The position numbers and the translations under genes are program-made. The notes beneath the pieces were generated by a model. It did not search any database. It was not told where the DNA came from and saw only the letters and a list, made by a program, of their open reading frames with translations. DNA of 63,992 nucleotides, filler included, from Octopus bimaculoides (Eukaryota), in the NCBI RefSeq assembly GCF_001194135.2. It is 5 parts of 5 records of this genome, joined end to end, with 100 filler letters (N's around TTAATTAATTAA, not from the genome) between each part and the next. Parts side by side here need not be neighbours in the genome. Positions count along the whole stretch, not along the records: positions 1 to 27,650 come from NC_069002.1; 4 more parts are not named here. One strand, 5' to 3'. This document shows positions 1 through 12,643 of the stretch, piece by piece; positions within the stretch are counted from its first letter, which is position 1, and each line of letters begins with the position of its first letter.

Positions 1-116
1 TTTGTGATTTTGGGGGTATTTTTGAAAAACAAGAGGGAATTCGCGGCAGTGTTTAGTGAACAAATTAGACATATATATATATATATATATATATGACGGG
101 CGTCTTTCAGTTTCCG

Positions 117-186
<70 letters not shown>

Positions 187-414
187 CGTCTGTCTGTGCG
201 TCCTTCTACTCTCTCTATACCTATTTACTGATGAAGGTATATTTAATATGAACATAAACTATATAAGTACGCGTGTACATACATACATACAAACATATAT
301 GCATACTTACCTATATATATATATATCATATATATGTAGATATATATGTATATATACATACACACACACATAAAACTATGCCTGTATATTTATGAACATA
401 CACACATGATCGTG

Positions 415-461
<47 letters not shown>

Positions 462-1808
462 ATGTGCGTGTATGCATGTATATAGATATATGTGTGAGTG
501 TGTGTGTGCATGTGTGTGCATGTGTGTGCGTGTATGTATGTGTGTGTATAGAGCGGTATACATTTGTAAAGTGCAAAGGGAGTTGAAAATCAGCTTAACT
601 TATTACATATAACTGTAACATCAAATTTCTTATATAATAAAATCTACTTATCGCAAAAATAAACAACACACAAACACAGACAAATAAACTGTCGCACATA
701 TACACACATACAATCACACACACACACAAACACACGCACGCATATATATACATAAACACACCTTCGCTATTATGTGAAATTTCGAACATGTAATTCAAAT
801 ATGTCTTGAAATAAATTCCATGTCTTATTTACACACAAACAAGGACAAACGTACGTACGAACACATACACACCCACCTTCGTAAACACACACACACATAC
901 ATATTTAAAGAGATGTATAGAATACAGTCTCGCATCTTTATGTCTTGCACATGCGTTACATACACATACTGATGACCTTCTACCAAACATGCTTACGTTT
1001 GTACTCAAATATATGCATGTACGACTATATATACTCATATATATATATATATATATATATANNNNNNNNNNNNNNNNNNNNNNNNNNNNNNNNNNNNNNN
1101 NNNNNNNNNNNNNNNNNNNNNNNNNNNNNNNNNNNNNNNNNNNNNNNNNNNNNNNNNNNNNNNNNNNNNNNNNNNNNNNNNNNNNNNNNNNNNNNNNNNN
1201 NNNNNNNNNNNNNNNNNNNNNNNNNNNNNNNNNNNNNNNNNNNNNNNNNNNNNNNNNNNNNNNNNNNNNNNNNNNNNNNNNNNNNNNNNNNNNNNNNNNN
1301 NNNNNNNNNNNNNNNNNNNNNNNNNNNNNNNNNNNNNNNNNNNNNNNNNNNNNNNNNNNNNNNNNNNNNNNNNNNNNNNNNNNNNNNNNNNNNNNNNNNN
1401 NNNNNNNNNNNNNNNNNNNNNNNNNNNNNNNNNNNNNNNNNNNNNNNNNNNNNNNNNNNNNNNNNNNNNNNNNNNNNNNNNNNNNNNNNNNNNNNNNNNN
1501 NNNNNNNNNNNNNNNNNNNNNNNNNNNNNNNNNNNNNNNNNNNNNNNNNNNNNNNNNNNNNNNNNNNNNNNNNNNNNNNNNNNNNNNNNNNNNNNNNNNN
1601 NNNNNNNNNNNNNNNNNNNNNNNNNNNNNNNNNNNNNNNNNNNNNNNNNNNNNNNNNNNNNNNNNNNNNNNNNNNNNNNNNNNNNNNNNNNNNNNNNNNN
1701 NNNNNNNNNNNNNNNNNNNNNNNNNNNNNNNNNNNNNNNNNNNNNNNNNNNNNNNNNNNNNNNNNNNNNNNNNNNNNNNNNNNNNNNNNNNNNNNNNNNN
1801 NNNNNNNN

Positions 1809-1841
<33 letters not shown>

Positions 1842-2584
1842 GTCTATTTATCTCTCTCTCTACATATACATATGTATACATACATACGTACATAAATGTA
1901 TATATGTATAAACATGCACCCCCCACACATAGAGACACATATATATATGTGTATACACGTATCCACTGCATTAGAACAGGTCACACACGTCACATGTACA
2001 CGTCACACGCCATCGACACAAACCACAGACAGATGACACACGACACACTATATGCACCATTACACACAACGAAAAATACATAGACACATACATACATACA
2101 CATGTATATACACATGCGTACATACACACATATGCATATGTATTTATATTGGAATGTTGACGTAGCTCCAGAATAAATATCCTTGAAAGCCATTTTGAAG
2201 GGGTATTTGTAGAAAGAGTTAAGACTTTAGAAGTGAAACGGTAAAGGTGGAAGTAAAAGAAGAAGAAGAAAGGGGAAGAAAGAGGAAGAAAGAAAGGCAA
2301 AAGACAGATGAATGATAGAAACAGAAGAAGATGAGGAAGGAAAGGAAGAAGGAAAAGCACAGGAAGAAGAGAAACGGAAAAAAATTAGAACCGAAAAGGA
2401 GGAGGGTGAAGGAAAAGAAGGGAGAAAGGAAAGAGAAGGTAAAAGACAAAAAGAAAAAGTTAAAAGAAAGATAAAGAGAAAGAAAGATAAAAGGGCATCC
2501 ATCACAATTATCATCATCATCATCATCACCACCATCCTCCTCCTCCTCCTCATCATCATCATCATCACCACCACCATCCTCATC

Positions 2585-2626
<42 letters not shown>

Positions 2627-2775
2627 TACNNNNNNNNNNNNNNNNNNNNNNNNNNNNNNNNNNNNNNNNNNNNNNNNNNNNNNNNNNNNNNNNNNNNNNN
2701 NNNNNNNNNNNNNNNNNNNNNNNNNNNNNNNNNNNNNNNNNNNNNNNNNNNNCATCATCATCATCATTATTGATT

Positions 2776-2876
2776 AAGGCGGCAAGTTGGCGGAACCGTT
2801 AGCACGCCGGCCAAAATCCTTAGCGGTATTTCGTCGGTTTTTACGATCTGACTTCAAATTCCGCTGAGGTCGGCTT

Positions 2877-2878
<2 letters not shown>
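2776..2878 (+). mobile_element. SINE family A 5' half, ending at a (TAA)n tract and family B
   Basis: AGGCGGCAAGTTGGCGGAACCGTTAGC...TTCAAATTCCGCTGAGGTCG. Confidence 0.8.
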
Positions 2879-2914
<36 letters not shown>

Positions 2915-3459
2915 TGATGCAGTACCAGGCAGTTGCTCTCATGGCTTCTGATCTTAACTGATTGGAAGTGCTATCATGTACATTGTTTTGTCTTGGTATA
3001 AAAAGATGGGCAAATACAACAAATATTCTGCTCAATAGCACAGATTTGCTTTGTCATTTGTTTGACCGTAACCAGTTGAGCATGTCCCTTGGTGGCTGAT
3101 GATATGTGCATCTCTGATCATGAGCAGAAGTAGTTGGGGAGCATCATAGCCATGTGTTGAGTGGAATTCTTTGGAGTTTGAACAATTCATTTCTAGAAAC
3201 ATGGGTGTTTCGTTCATCACCCTTAAACAACCCTTAAACATCCCATCCTAGCGGGATGGGCTACTCGACCTGAAGAAAATTCTAACCTGCATGGTCATGG
3301 ACTGTTTGTCTTGATATGAAATCACCATGTCGGACACATATGGTCGTGAAACATGTGCCTGGTGTACCCTTATCAGACGGGTAGTCATGATAGGTTATTG
3401 GCCTTTGTATATTTGTACCCCAGTGTCACTTTGATGGCATGTGCTGCTCTCTCACTCAA

Positions 3460-3460
<1 letters not shown>
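2915..3460 (+). repeat. Unclassified ~550 bp interspersed repeat (family B), copy 1
   Basis: TGATGCAGTACCAGGCAG...CTCTCACTCA; alignable end to end with 43714-44274 and 49584-50140; flanked by (TAA)n and (TAG)n. Confidence 0.9.
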
Positions 3461-3508
<48 letters not shown>

Positions 3509-3781
3509 TTTTGTTTCTAACAGACACTAGGGCGGAAATTTAGGAGCAGAGACGAATCAACCCTAATAATTGAGTTATACTTTATTTTATTGACTTCAGA
3601 GGTGTTGGAAGTGAAAAATGACTTCGGCAGGATTTCAACTCAAAATCCACCCACTACTAGACTGGTACTTTATTTTATAAACCTTCGAAGGACGAAAGAC
3701 AACGTTGCCTTCAGTAAAGAACTGGAAGAAATGCTTCTAAGCATTTTGTTCGACGCGCTGACGATTCTGCTAGCACATTAA

Positions 3782-3812
<31 letters not shown>

Positions 3813-4199
3813 ATAATAATAATAATAATAAAAATAATATGAAGAAAACAAAAAGAAGTGTAACACATGATGATGATGATGATGACGATGAGGATGAAGA
3901 AGGAAGAGGCAGGAGAAGAAAAAGGAGAAGAGGAAGCAGGTAGAAGACGAAGACGGCGACGAAGAAGAAAACGAAAAAGAAGGAGGAGGAAGAGGAGGAG
4001 GAAGAGGAGGGGAAGAGAAGAAGGAGACGAAGAAGAAGAAGAAGAAGAAGAAGAAGGAGAAGAAGAGAGTAAAAGATGTCTGCTCCCACATAGAACATGA
4101 AGTGAATGGTATTTCAGATGTTTGAACTGTTCTTGTCAAGTCATGGAAATACTTCTAGAAAATGTATGTGTACGTGTGTGTGTGTGTGTGTGTCTGTAT

Positions 4200-4261
<62 letters not shown>

Positions 4262-4346
4262 ACTAGTACTTGCATGTACTTATAACATAAATACATATTC
4301 ATACATATTTATATGCAACTGTGTGTGTGTATATACATGTACACAA

Positions 4347-4387
<41 letters not shown>

Positions 4388-4477
4388 CATATGTATGCAT
4401 GTATATATATGTGTATATATATACGCACATATATTTATTTTTACATATGTATGTACAGATATTTATACACACATGCA

Positions 4478-4523
<46 letters not shown>

Positions 4524-4964
4524 CACGTAAACAGAAATGTATACATGCACATGTACACATAAGCACATACATTCAGACAATCGTGGACACACACACACAC
4601 ACACACACATTCACACGCATTCACCCACATATATACATACACAAATACACACTCCCAAACACATACGCATATTTATAGTCTTACAGACGTTCTCCCCCCC
4701 TCCCAACCTTCAATTCAAAGCTTCGAGATCACAGAGAAAGCAGTAACTCTTTACAAGAAAGAGATCAAAAATCGAATCAGTGTTACTCCTATTGATTTTA
4801 GCATCAAATATAGTTTAGTTATCTGCATCTTACAGACCTTGATGCAGTTATTAACAACATGCAACCTGCAGCAGTTGTGTAACACAGGATGCAATTATAT
4901 TGGTGTATAAGTAACGCCTCAGCTGTACACTGGACAGAGTACATTAGTGTATTAGTATGTCTCT

Positions 4965-5300
4965 AGTGGTTAGGGGTATTCGGCTCTCGATTGTATGGTC
5001 ATGATTTCGATTCCCGGCGGTGTGTTGTGTCCTTGAGCAAGACACTTTATTTCACATTGCTCCAAGCTACTCAGATGGCAAAAGTGAGTAGTATCTATAT
5101 TTCAAAGAACCAGCTTTGTCACATTCTGTAGCTCCTGAACTCCACAGACACTCATACCCTTAACGTAGCTCCTTGAGAGCTACGTTAAGGGTATGAGTGT
5201 CTGTGGAGTGCTCAGCCACATACATGCTAATTTCCCGAGCTGGCTGTTCCGTTGAGTGGATCAACTGGAACCCTCGTCGTCATACCCGACAGAAGAAAAG
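4965..5300 (+). mobile_element. SINE related to family D, with an internal perfect inverted repeat
   Basis: TAGTGGTTAGGG...GATTTCGATTCCC head, CCTTGAGCAAGACAC core; 3' body shared with 60720-60880. Confidence 0.8.
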
Positions 5301-5426
5301 AGTACTTATAGTGTTTCCGTAGTACATTAGACATAGCATATTAGTACAACTATATTACCTAAGATATAGTATAAATTTTAAAATTGTTTCCGCTTCAAAG
5401 CTGCGGTCTAGCTAAGTCTATCTGGT

Positions 5427-5634
5427 AGGTGGCGAGCTTGGTAGAACCGTTAACATGTGGGACACAATGCTTAGCGGTATTTCGTCCTTCTTTACGATCT
5501 GAGCTCAAATTTCGCCGAGGTCGACTTTGCCTTTCATCCTTTTCGGGGTCGATGAAACCAATACCAGTAAAGTAATGGAATCGGTGTAATCAACTAGACC
5601 CCTCTACCCAAAATTTCAGGTCTTGTGCACATAG
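5427..5634 (+). mobile_element. SINE family A
   Basis: GGTGGCGAGCTTGGTAGAACCGTT...GTCGACTTTGCCTTTCATCC...CAGGTCTTGTGC. Confidence 0.8.
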
Positions 5635-5649
5635 CCTTGTATACTAACA

Positions 5650-6075
5650 GTCTGCCTCAGATAAAAAGGCGTGCCGCTCTTGTTCTGTTTACCGTCAAAT
5701 ACAAAGATTCTGAGAAAAGATTCTTCTTAAATGTCGCCAGGTCCTTCGTGTTTAAGATCCGAAAAGAGCTCCTGGCATCCCACGGGAACGTGTCTCTCAT
5801 TAACAACCCCACCCCAAAAAAAGCAGGCAAGCATTCTCGATGGTCAGGGCTTGTCAGAAAAAGTCTAGTTTGTCCAGCATGTCCAGGGAATCAGCAGCGA
5901 GGGCAATGTCATGCCTTCTCAGTTGTTCCCGGAAGGTCTTAGAGTCAATGCAGCAGTCTACGTCACGATAATGCAGACGGTTGTCAAGCCCTGGACCAAA
6001 ATAGTTGCTCGGGGGAGGCCTTACATTACAGCCTGCACAAGCCAAGAGTGGATGGCTGAAAAATTTTACGATCAT
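5650..6075 (+). mobile_element. Internally deleted Tc1/mariner (maT/DD37D-like) transposase remnant
   Basis: NVARSFVFKIRKELLASHGNVS followed, in another frame, by FPEGLRVNAAVYVTIMQTVVKPWTKIVARGRPY...SQEWMAEKFYDHVT; subfamily assignment is from recall. Confidence 0.75.
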
Positions 6076-6442
6076 GTCACCCTCCTAGGGAGACCGATAA
6101 GTATACCCCAAAATGCCAAGAGCTTGTTGATGTCTGCTACTTATGACGTTATGGGCAACATGAACAAATATAACTGACCTACTTATTCAGTCGTACTGCG
6201 GTTTGTGGCGGTTTTATTGAATAATTTTTGCTATGTGTTTGTAAGAATATGTGTATCAAATTCTATAAAAATACTTTAGTCTCTACTAAATATTTTTTTT
6301 TCCTTAAATTAAATTTGTTTTTACTCATATAGCTCACACGTCTAGTATATTCGCTTAGTTATAGTTCATTAGATATAAAAGAGTATAGCTCTAATGCATT
6401 AGACATGGTATATTAGTATATCGATAGTATATTTAACATATT

Positions 6443-6659
6443 AAGGCGGCGAGCTGGCAGAAACGTTAGCACACCGGTCGGAATGGTTAGCTGTATTTCG
6501 TCTGTCTTTACGTTCTGAGTTCAAATTCCGCTGTCGTCGACTTTACCTTTTATCCTTTTGGGGCCGATAGATTAATTACCAGTTGAGTACTGGGGTCGAT
6601 CTAATCGGCTGCCCTCCCACTACCCCAACATTTTGGGTCTTGTGTCTCGAGTAGAAAAG
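6443..6659 (+). mobile_element. SINE family A (~210 bp, tRNA-like A/B-box head), representative copy
   Basis: AGGCGGCGAGCTGGCAGAAACGTTAGC...GAGTTCAAATTCCG...GGGGTCGAT...; about 20 full or partial copies in the window. Confidence 0.85.
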
Positions 6660-6904
6660 TATATTTAGCATATTGTAAGGGAGAGATGAAAATTGTCGCA
6701 GATATTCCAAAATAGAAAATAAAAAAAAATTTTAATGAATTATTGAAAGATAAGAAAGAATTATCCTATTCGAGTATCTTTCGTTTGTTTGTTGTGGGGC
6801 TTAAACCACGAAATCCCTGTCAATCTCCCACCTCACCTAAATGAGCAAAACGGAATAAAATTAAAACAGTTCACAGATATTTTTCCCGAAGAGGAACTTC
6901 GAAT

Positions 6905-7600
6905 GTTTGGTCATGCTTGACTGGAATAAACAGGACTAAAGGTCTTCCTTTTTTTGCTTGGTCATGCTTGATTGGTATAAAGGAAATGCTGAGACTTCCC
7001 ATCACCTCTTTGGTCATGCTTGATTAAAGCTAACAAAACTCAAAGACCACCTCTTCTTATTTGGTCATGCTTGACTGGTAGAAGAGGAATAAAAGACTTC
7101 CTTTAAATGCTTGGCCATGCCTGATTGGTACAAAGAGAGATTAAGGATGACTCCCGTTGCATATTTGTCGAAAAAGGATTTAAAAAGACCCCTTACCAGT
7201 TTTGTCATGCTTTGTTGTCATAAAAGGGCTAAACGATTCTCTTATCTGTTTAATCATGCGACCTTCTCGTAAAAGGGGCTAAAAGATTCCCTTATCTCTT
7301 TAGTCATGCTTCCTTGTCATGAAGAGAATTAAGCAGATCCCTTTTTTGGTCATGCTTTATTTTAATAAAAAGGGAAATTATGAAGACACCTTAAAACAAA
7401 GGAAATTTAAAAACCTTCCCCGTCACTTTAAGAAATTAAATGCATCATCGTCATTCGAAGGATTAAGCGGACCTGTTTTTCTCTGCTTGGTCATGCTTCA
7501 TTGGCATAAAAGGGACTAAGAGTCACCCTTACTTGTTTAGTCATGCTTCGTTGATATAAAGGGAATGAAGAAGAACCCCTGCCCTTACCTGCTCATACTT
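6905..7600. repeat. Degenerate ~51 bp minisatellite
   Basis: Core TTGGTCATGCTT recurs near 6907, 6958, 7010, 7061, 7111, 7201, 7251, 7301, 7347, 7487 and 7537. Confidence 0.85.
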
Positions 7601-7796
7601 GAAATCCATCGACAGATGTTCGACCTCTTGCATCAGATACAAACAACATTTCTATGCTAGGGGGGGATAATAGAGAGATTACAGACGTCTTGTGGTATGG
7701 CAGGTGATAGTGGTGTGCGCTGGATATCTCTCCTCCTTCTCTCTGTCTGTATCTCTCTCTCTCTCTCACTCTCTGTCTGTATCTCTCTCTCTCTCA

Positions 7797-7856
<60 letters not shown>

Positions 7857-8047
7857 GTATCACTCTATTACTGTATCGACCAGAATATCAGATGTGGTTA
7901 AACCGCTAATCATAAGGCGCTTTCTCGCATTCTTGTAGCCTTCAAATATTGTCACTCCACTGGCTATGCGGGCGGGCCATATATATGCGGATGGGCCATA
8001 TATATGTATATATTAAATATTATATATTATATGTTATATTATATTAT

Positions 8048-8114
<67 letters not shown>

Positions 8115-8624
8115 GTATGTAGGTATGTACGTATGTATGTATGTATATATGTATGTATGTGAATGCACGTGTCTATATGTGTGCAAGTTGTGTGTACTCT
8201 GTATAAAGACTGGTTATGTGAACCAAATTAAAGTACCAACGAGTCAATACATTAACAAACGATGTGTCTAATAAAGTCAAGCTTTTACAGAACATATATC
8301 ATCAATCTGAATTTTCTACTCAATTAAGGAATTAATTTAGCATTTGTCAAACACTTTACTTGACCAGACAGATTTCCCGTTCTTTGGATGCACGGATATT
8401 AATGTTGTAAGGAGCGCAACTCTTAAACGACAAAAATTAGATGTAAAAGAAATGGATTTTGGAAATTGAAAAAGTAAATAAGAAAAATGAAACAAGAAAA
8501 CAAAAAAGGATATTGTAAATCAAAAATATAAAATATAAATAAAATACAAGAAAATGAACCGAATGTTAGGAGAATGGAAATGAAGATACATTACTGTCTG
8601 ACGATAGATCATATATATATGTAT

Positions 8625-8686
<62 letters not shown>

Positions 8687-9100
8687 NNNNNNNNNNNNNN
8701 NNNNNNNNNNNNNNNNNNNNNNNNNNNNNNNNNNNNNNNNNNNNNNNNNNNNNNNNNNNNNNNNNNNNNNNNNNNNNNNNNNNNNNNNNNNNNNNNNNNN
8801 NNNNNNNNNNNNNNNNNNNNNNNNNNNNNNNNNNNNNNNNNNNNNNNNNNNNNNNNNNNNNNNNNNNNNNNNNNNNNNNNNNNNNNNNNNNNNNNNNNNN
8901 NNNNNNNNNNNNNNNNNNNNNNNNNNNNNNNNNNNNNNGAAGAAGAAGAAGAAGAAGAAGAAGAAGAAGAAGAAGAAGAAGAAGAAGAAGAAGAAAATTA
9001 TTATGACTTAGCACAGTTCACGAAACACGAAGAAAAGAATGAGAAAAGATTATAACAGAAGAATCAAAAATAATATTGATTATAAATTGATTATTGCTAC

Positions 9101-9480
9101 ATATTTTATCAATCTCGAAAGGATGAAAGGCAAAGTCGACCTCAGCTGAATTTGAACTCAGAACGTAAAGGCTGACGAAATGCTGCCAAGCATGCTAACG
9201 ATTCTGCCAGCTTACCAGCTTAATAATAAGAACAACAGCAATAATAATAATAATAATAATAATAATGATTTCAAAATTTTGGCACAAGGCCAGCACCTTC
9301 GGGGGAGAGGATAAGTCGATTACATCGACGCCAGTGTTCAACTGGTACTTATTTTATCGACCCCGAAAGGATAAAAGGCAAAGCTGAACTCGGCGGAATT
9401 TGAACTCAGAATGTGAAGACAAACACAATGTCGCTAAGTATTTTGTCCGGCGTTCTAACGATTCAGCCAGCTCACCGCTT
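9101..9480 (-). mobile_element. Two tandem SINE family A copies separated by (AAT)n
   Basis: 9101-9220 partial and 9267-9480 near full length, both reverse orientation. Confidence 0.8.
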
Positions 9481-11256
9481 TAATAATAATATAATAATAA
9501 CATTAATAATAACATAAAATCTGACAAGAAATAGTTTATAAATGGCGTAACACTAGTCTTTCTAGTTATAAACTTCATTTTCAACATGATAAACCGAAAG
9601 TTAAACGAATTGAAATGTTTTGTTAAGTGTATGTTTTGTTTGTAGTCACGTGAAGTCAAAATTAAAAACAAAAACCCTCAGTATCTCAGACGTGGCCGTG
9701 TGGTAGGTAGCTTGCTCCCCAACTGCATGGTTCCAGGTTCAGTCCCACTACGTAGTACCTTGGGCAAGTGTCTTGTGAAAGAATGTCTTAGTAAAGTAAA
9801 TATTTAATTGTTATATAAGTAAATATTTAACATAGAAACCAGTTTAACCAGTTACTTAAAGTTCCATGTTCCTATTAATGGACATTACTCAGACGAGGCT
9901 AGCTGATAGGACGAATACCCACACTGGGTCGGCTTTTATCAGTTTGACAAGCTCCAACTGAAGAAGGGAGGAGGAGTGTGATGCAGAAGGTGTAGTTCTT
10001 TCAACCGGAATCAGCAATTGAATACATTTTAGAGTTAATCATGAGCTTCATTACGTGAGCGGTGACGTAGTTGGACATGTGATTAGCCACATGATCTGGT
10101 GTATTGTTTTTGATGTTCGTTCAAAAAAAGCTGTCTGCACCAGTACACCAGCTTATCTCGCCATCACCACTTGTAAAAAAGATAGCTTGTGTTTTGTTAT
10201 ATTATATCATATATATATATTATATTACATTATAATATATTATATTATATTACATATATANNNNNNNNNNNNNNNNNNNNNNNNNNNNNNNNNNNNNNNN
10301 NNNNNNNNNNNNNNNNNNNNNNNNNNNNNNNNNNNNNNNNNNNNNNNNNNNNNNNNNNNNNNNNNNNNNNNNNNNNNNNNNNNNNNNNNNNNNNNNNNNN
10401 NNNNNNNNNNNNNNNNNNNNNNNNNNNNNNNNNNNNNNNNNNNNNNNNNNNNNNNNNNNNNNNNNNNNNNNNNNNNNNNNNNNNNNNNNNNNNNNNNNNN
10501 NNNNNNNNNNNNNNNNNNNNNNNNNNNNNNNNNNNNNNNNNNNNNNNNNNNNNNNNNNNNNNNNNNNNNNNNNNNNNNNNNNNNNATATATATATATATA
10601 TATATATACATACATACATATATGTATACATATACATATATATGTATGTAAGTATGTATGTATGTATGTATGTATCTATACACACATGTATATATGTGTG
10701 GGACGGGAGAGAGGAAAAAAATCTAGATGCAGCGATGGACAGATAAAAATACAACGTAAAACAAAACAAAACAGAAAAAAAATAAACGAAAACAAAAACG
10801 AAAAGAAAAAAAAACAAACAAACTCCGAAAGAAACAAGAATAAACAAGTAAATAAAAATACAAAAAAAAATGTCTGGAGCAAAATATAACGAAAAAAATA
10901 TAGTAACAAAAACACGTCTGAACTACCCCACCCCCGCTTTCAAAACCAATTTTGAAATTAAGCAAAGCAATGAGTCTAAATTGAGTTTCTGTGCAGAATT
11001 CCAGAAGGTCTTTAACGAGTAATTGGAATAATTGTGCTGCTGTACTGAATATCTATGGTAAATTCCGACTTTTTTTTTCTTAATGATTGCCACAAGATTT
11101 TAGATTAGACGGTACCGAGTTCTTTTCTGTGTAGACATGAGTTTGTATTTTATTATGTTTCAATGTATGTCTATATTTGTATTTGCATGTAAATGTCTGT
11201 ATGTGCATGAGTATACGTGTATATGTGTGTGTATGCGTATGTATTATAGGATACCC

Positions 11257-11333
<77 letters not shown>

Positions 11334-11715
11334 CATATATACATGTATTTATTTATATGGACATATAAATATATATGTACGAAGATATATGAATACATTA
11401 TGTATGTATATATATATATATATATATATACTATCATACAAAATTTATATATCTGCCCCATGACACATAATATATATATATATATATATCTATCTATGTG
11501 TGTGTGTGTGTGCGTGTGTGCGTGTGTGTGTATGTGCGCGCATATACAAATTTCCTTGCATACAGAAGTATTTCCAAGTTTTGTCTTTTTTCTTTTGAAG
11601 TTTTCGAAATAGAAATATACAGCTTGCACATAGCCGTGTATTTAAAGAAAAGTTGTTCCTACATACATACATACATACATGCATACATACATACATACAT
11701 ACATACACACATATA

Positions 11716-11807
<92 letters not shown>

Positions 11808-11861
11808 TGCCATGCACGGAACTCTTGATTCTTGAGTCACTATATCAACATAATAAGATCA

Positions 11862-12195
11862 CTGGTCTACTGACTGATCTGACGTCCCTGGACAATAAAG
11901 AATTGATAAGACTCTTTAGAGGTGAAATTTGAGAGGATTTTAAGAATCCTTGCAGTAAGGCTAAGCGAGGCACTCTCAGCAAGCACATTTATGTGAGCAC
12001 TTCAGACCAAATCTTATCTTGCTATGATAATAAGCGCTGCTTGCAGTTATGATCATAGTTTGCCTAGTTCACTAGTTTTGCCTAGTTTATTACAACGGCA
12101 AGAATTAAAAAAAAAAAAATCCATTGAAATTTTACCCCTAAAGAGTCTTACCAATTCTTTATCATCCAGGGGCATCAGATCAGGTACTAGACCAG
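11862..12195. mobile_element. MITE-like element with 69 bp imperfect terminal inverted repeats
   Basis: 11862-11930 (CTGGTCTACTGACTGATCTGACGTCCCTGG...GAAATTT) is the near reverse complement of 12127-12195; no coding capacity inside. Confidence 0.7.
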
Positions 12196-12589
12196 AAGAC
12201 TTACCATGCTGACAGAATTTTCATTTTCATTTTCTTTTTCTGTTCCTATTCACCGAGCTGTCCCCTACACCCTCATCCAAATCCTATTCACCAAGCTGTC
12301 CCTATACCCTCATCCAAATCATGGTACGTATGTTGTATATACTTTCGAATTTCGTGCAATAAATAAGGATATAATACATATATATATATATATATATATA
12401 TGCGTATATAAAATGTATAATATAAGCACACACACACTTACACGCATGCGCTCATGTATTCGAGTATTTATGCTTATATGCTTATATACATATGCAACAA
12501 TGTCGCATCGAAAGCAGTCACGTGGGCATAAAGGCACTATTCATCTTGCGTACAACGAATAATATATCCGAGAGCTACTGTACACACAC

Positions 12590-12643
<54 letters not shown>

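Noticed and set aside
4066-4155. Minus-strand exon-like island after a ttttctag acceptor (KYFHDLTRTVQTSEIPF...)
   Set aside because: No donor; the frame runs into a (CTT)n microsatellite and has no recognisable homology.
6905-7600. CRISPR array
   Set aside because: The 'spacers' are homologous to one another, the repeats are degenerate, there are no cas genes, and the context is eukaryotic.
9880-10020. Second hammerhead-like motif (CTGAAGA / CTGATAG)
   Set aside because: No correctly placed GAAA with a paired helix II, and no stem III or cleavage triplet.
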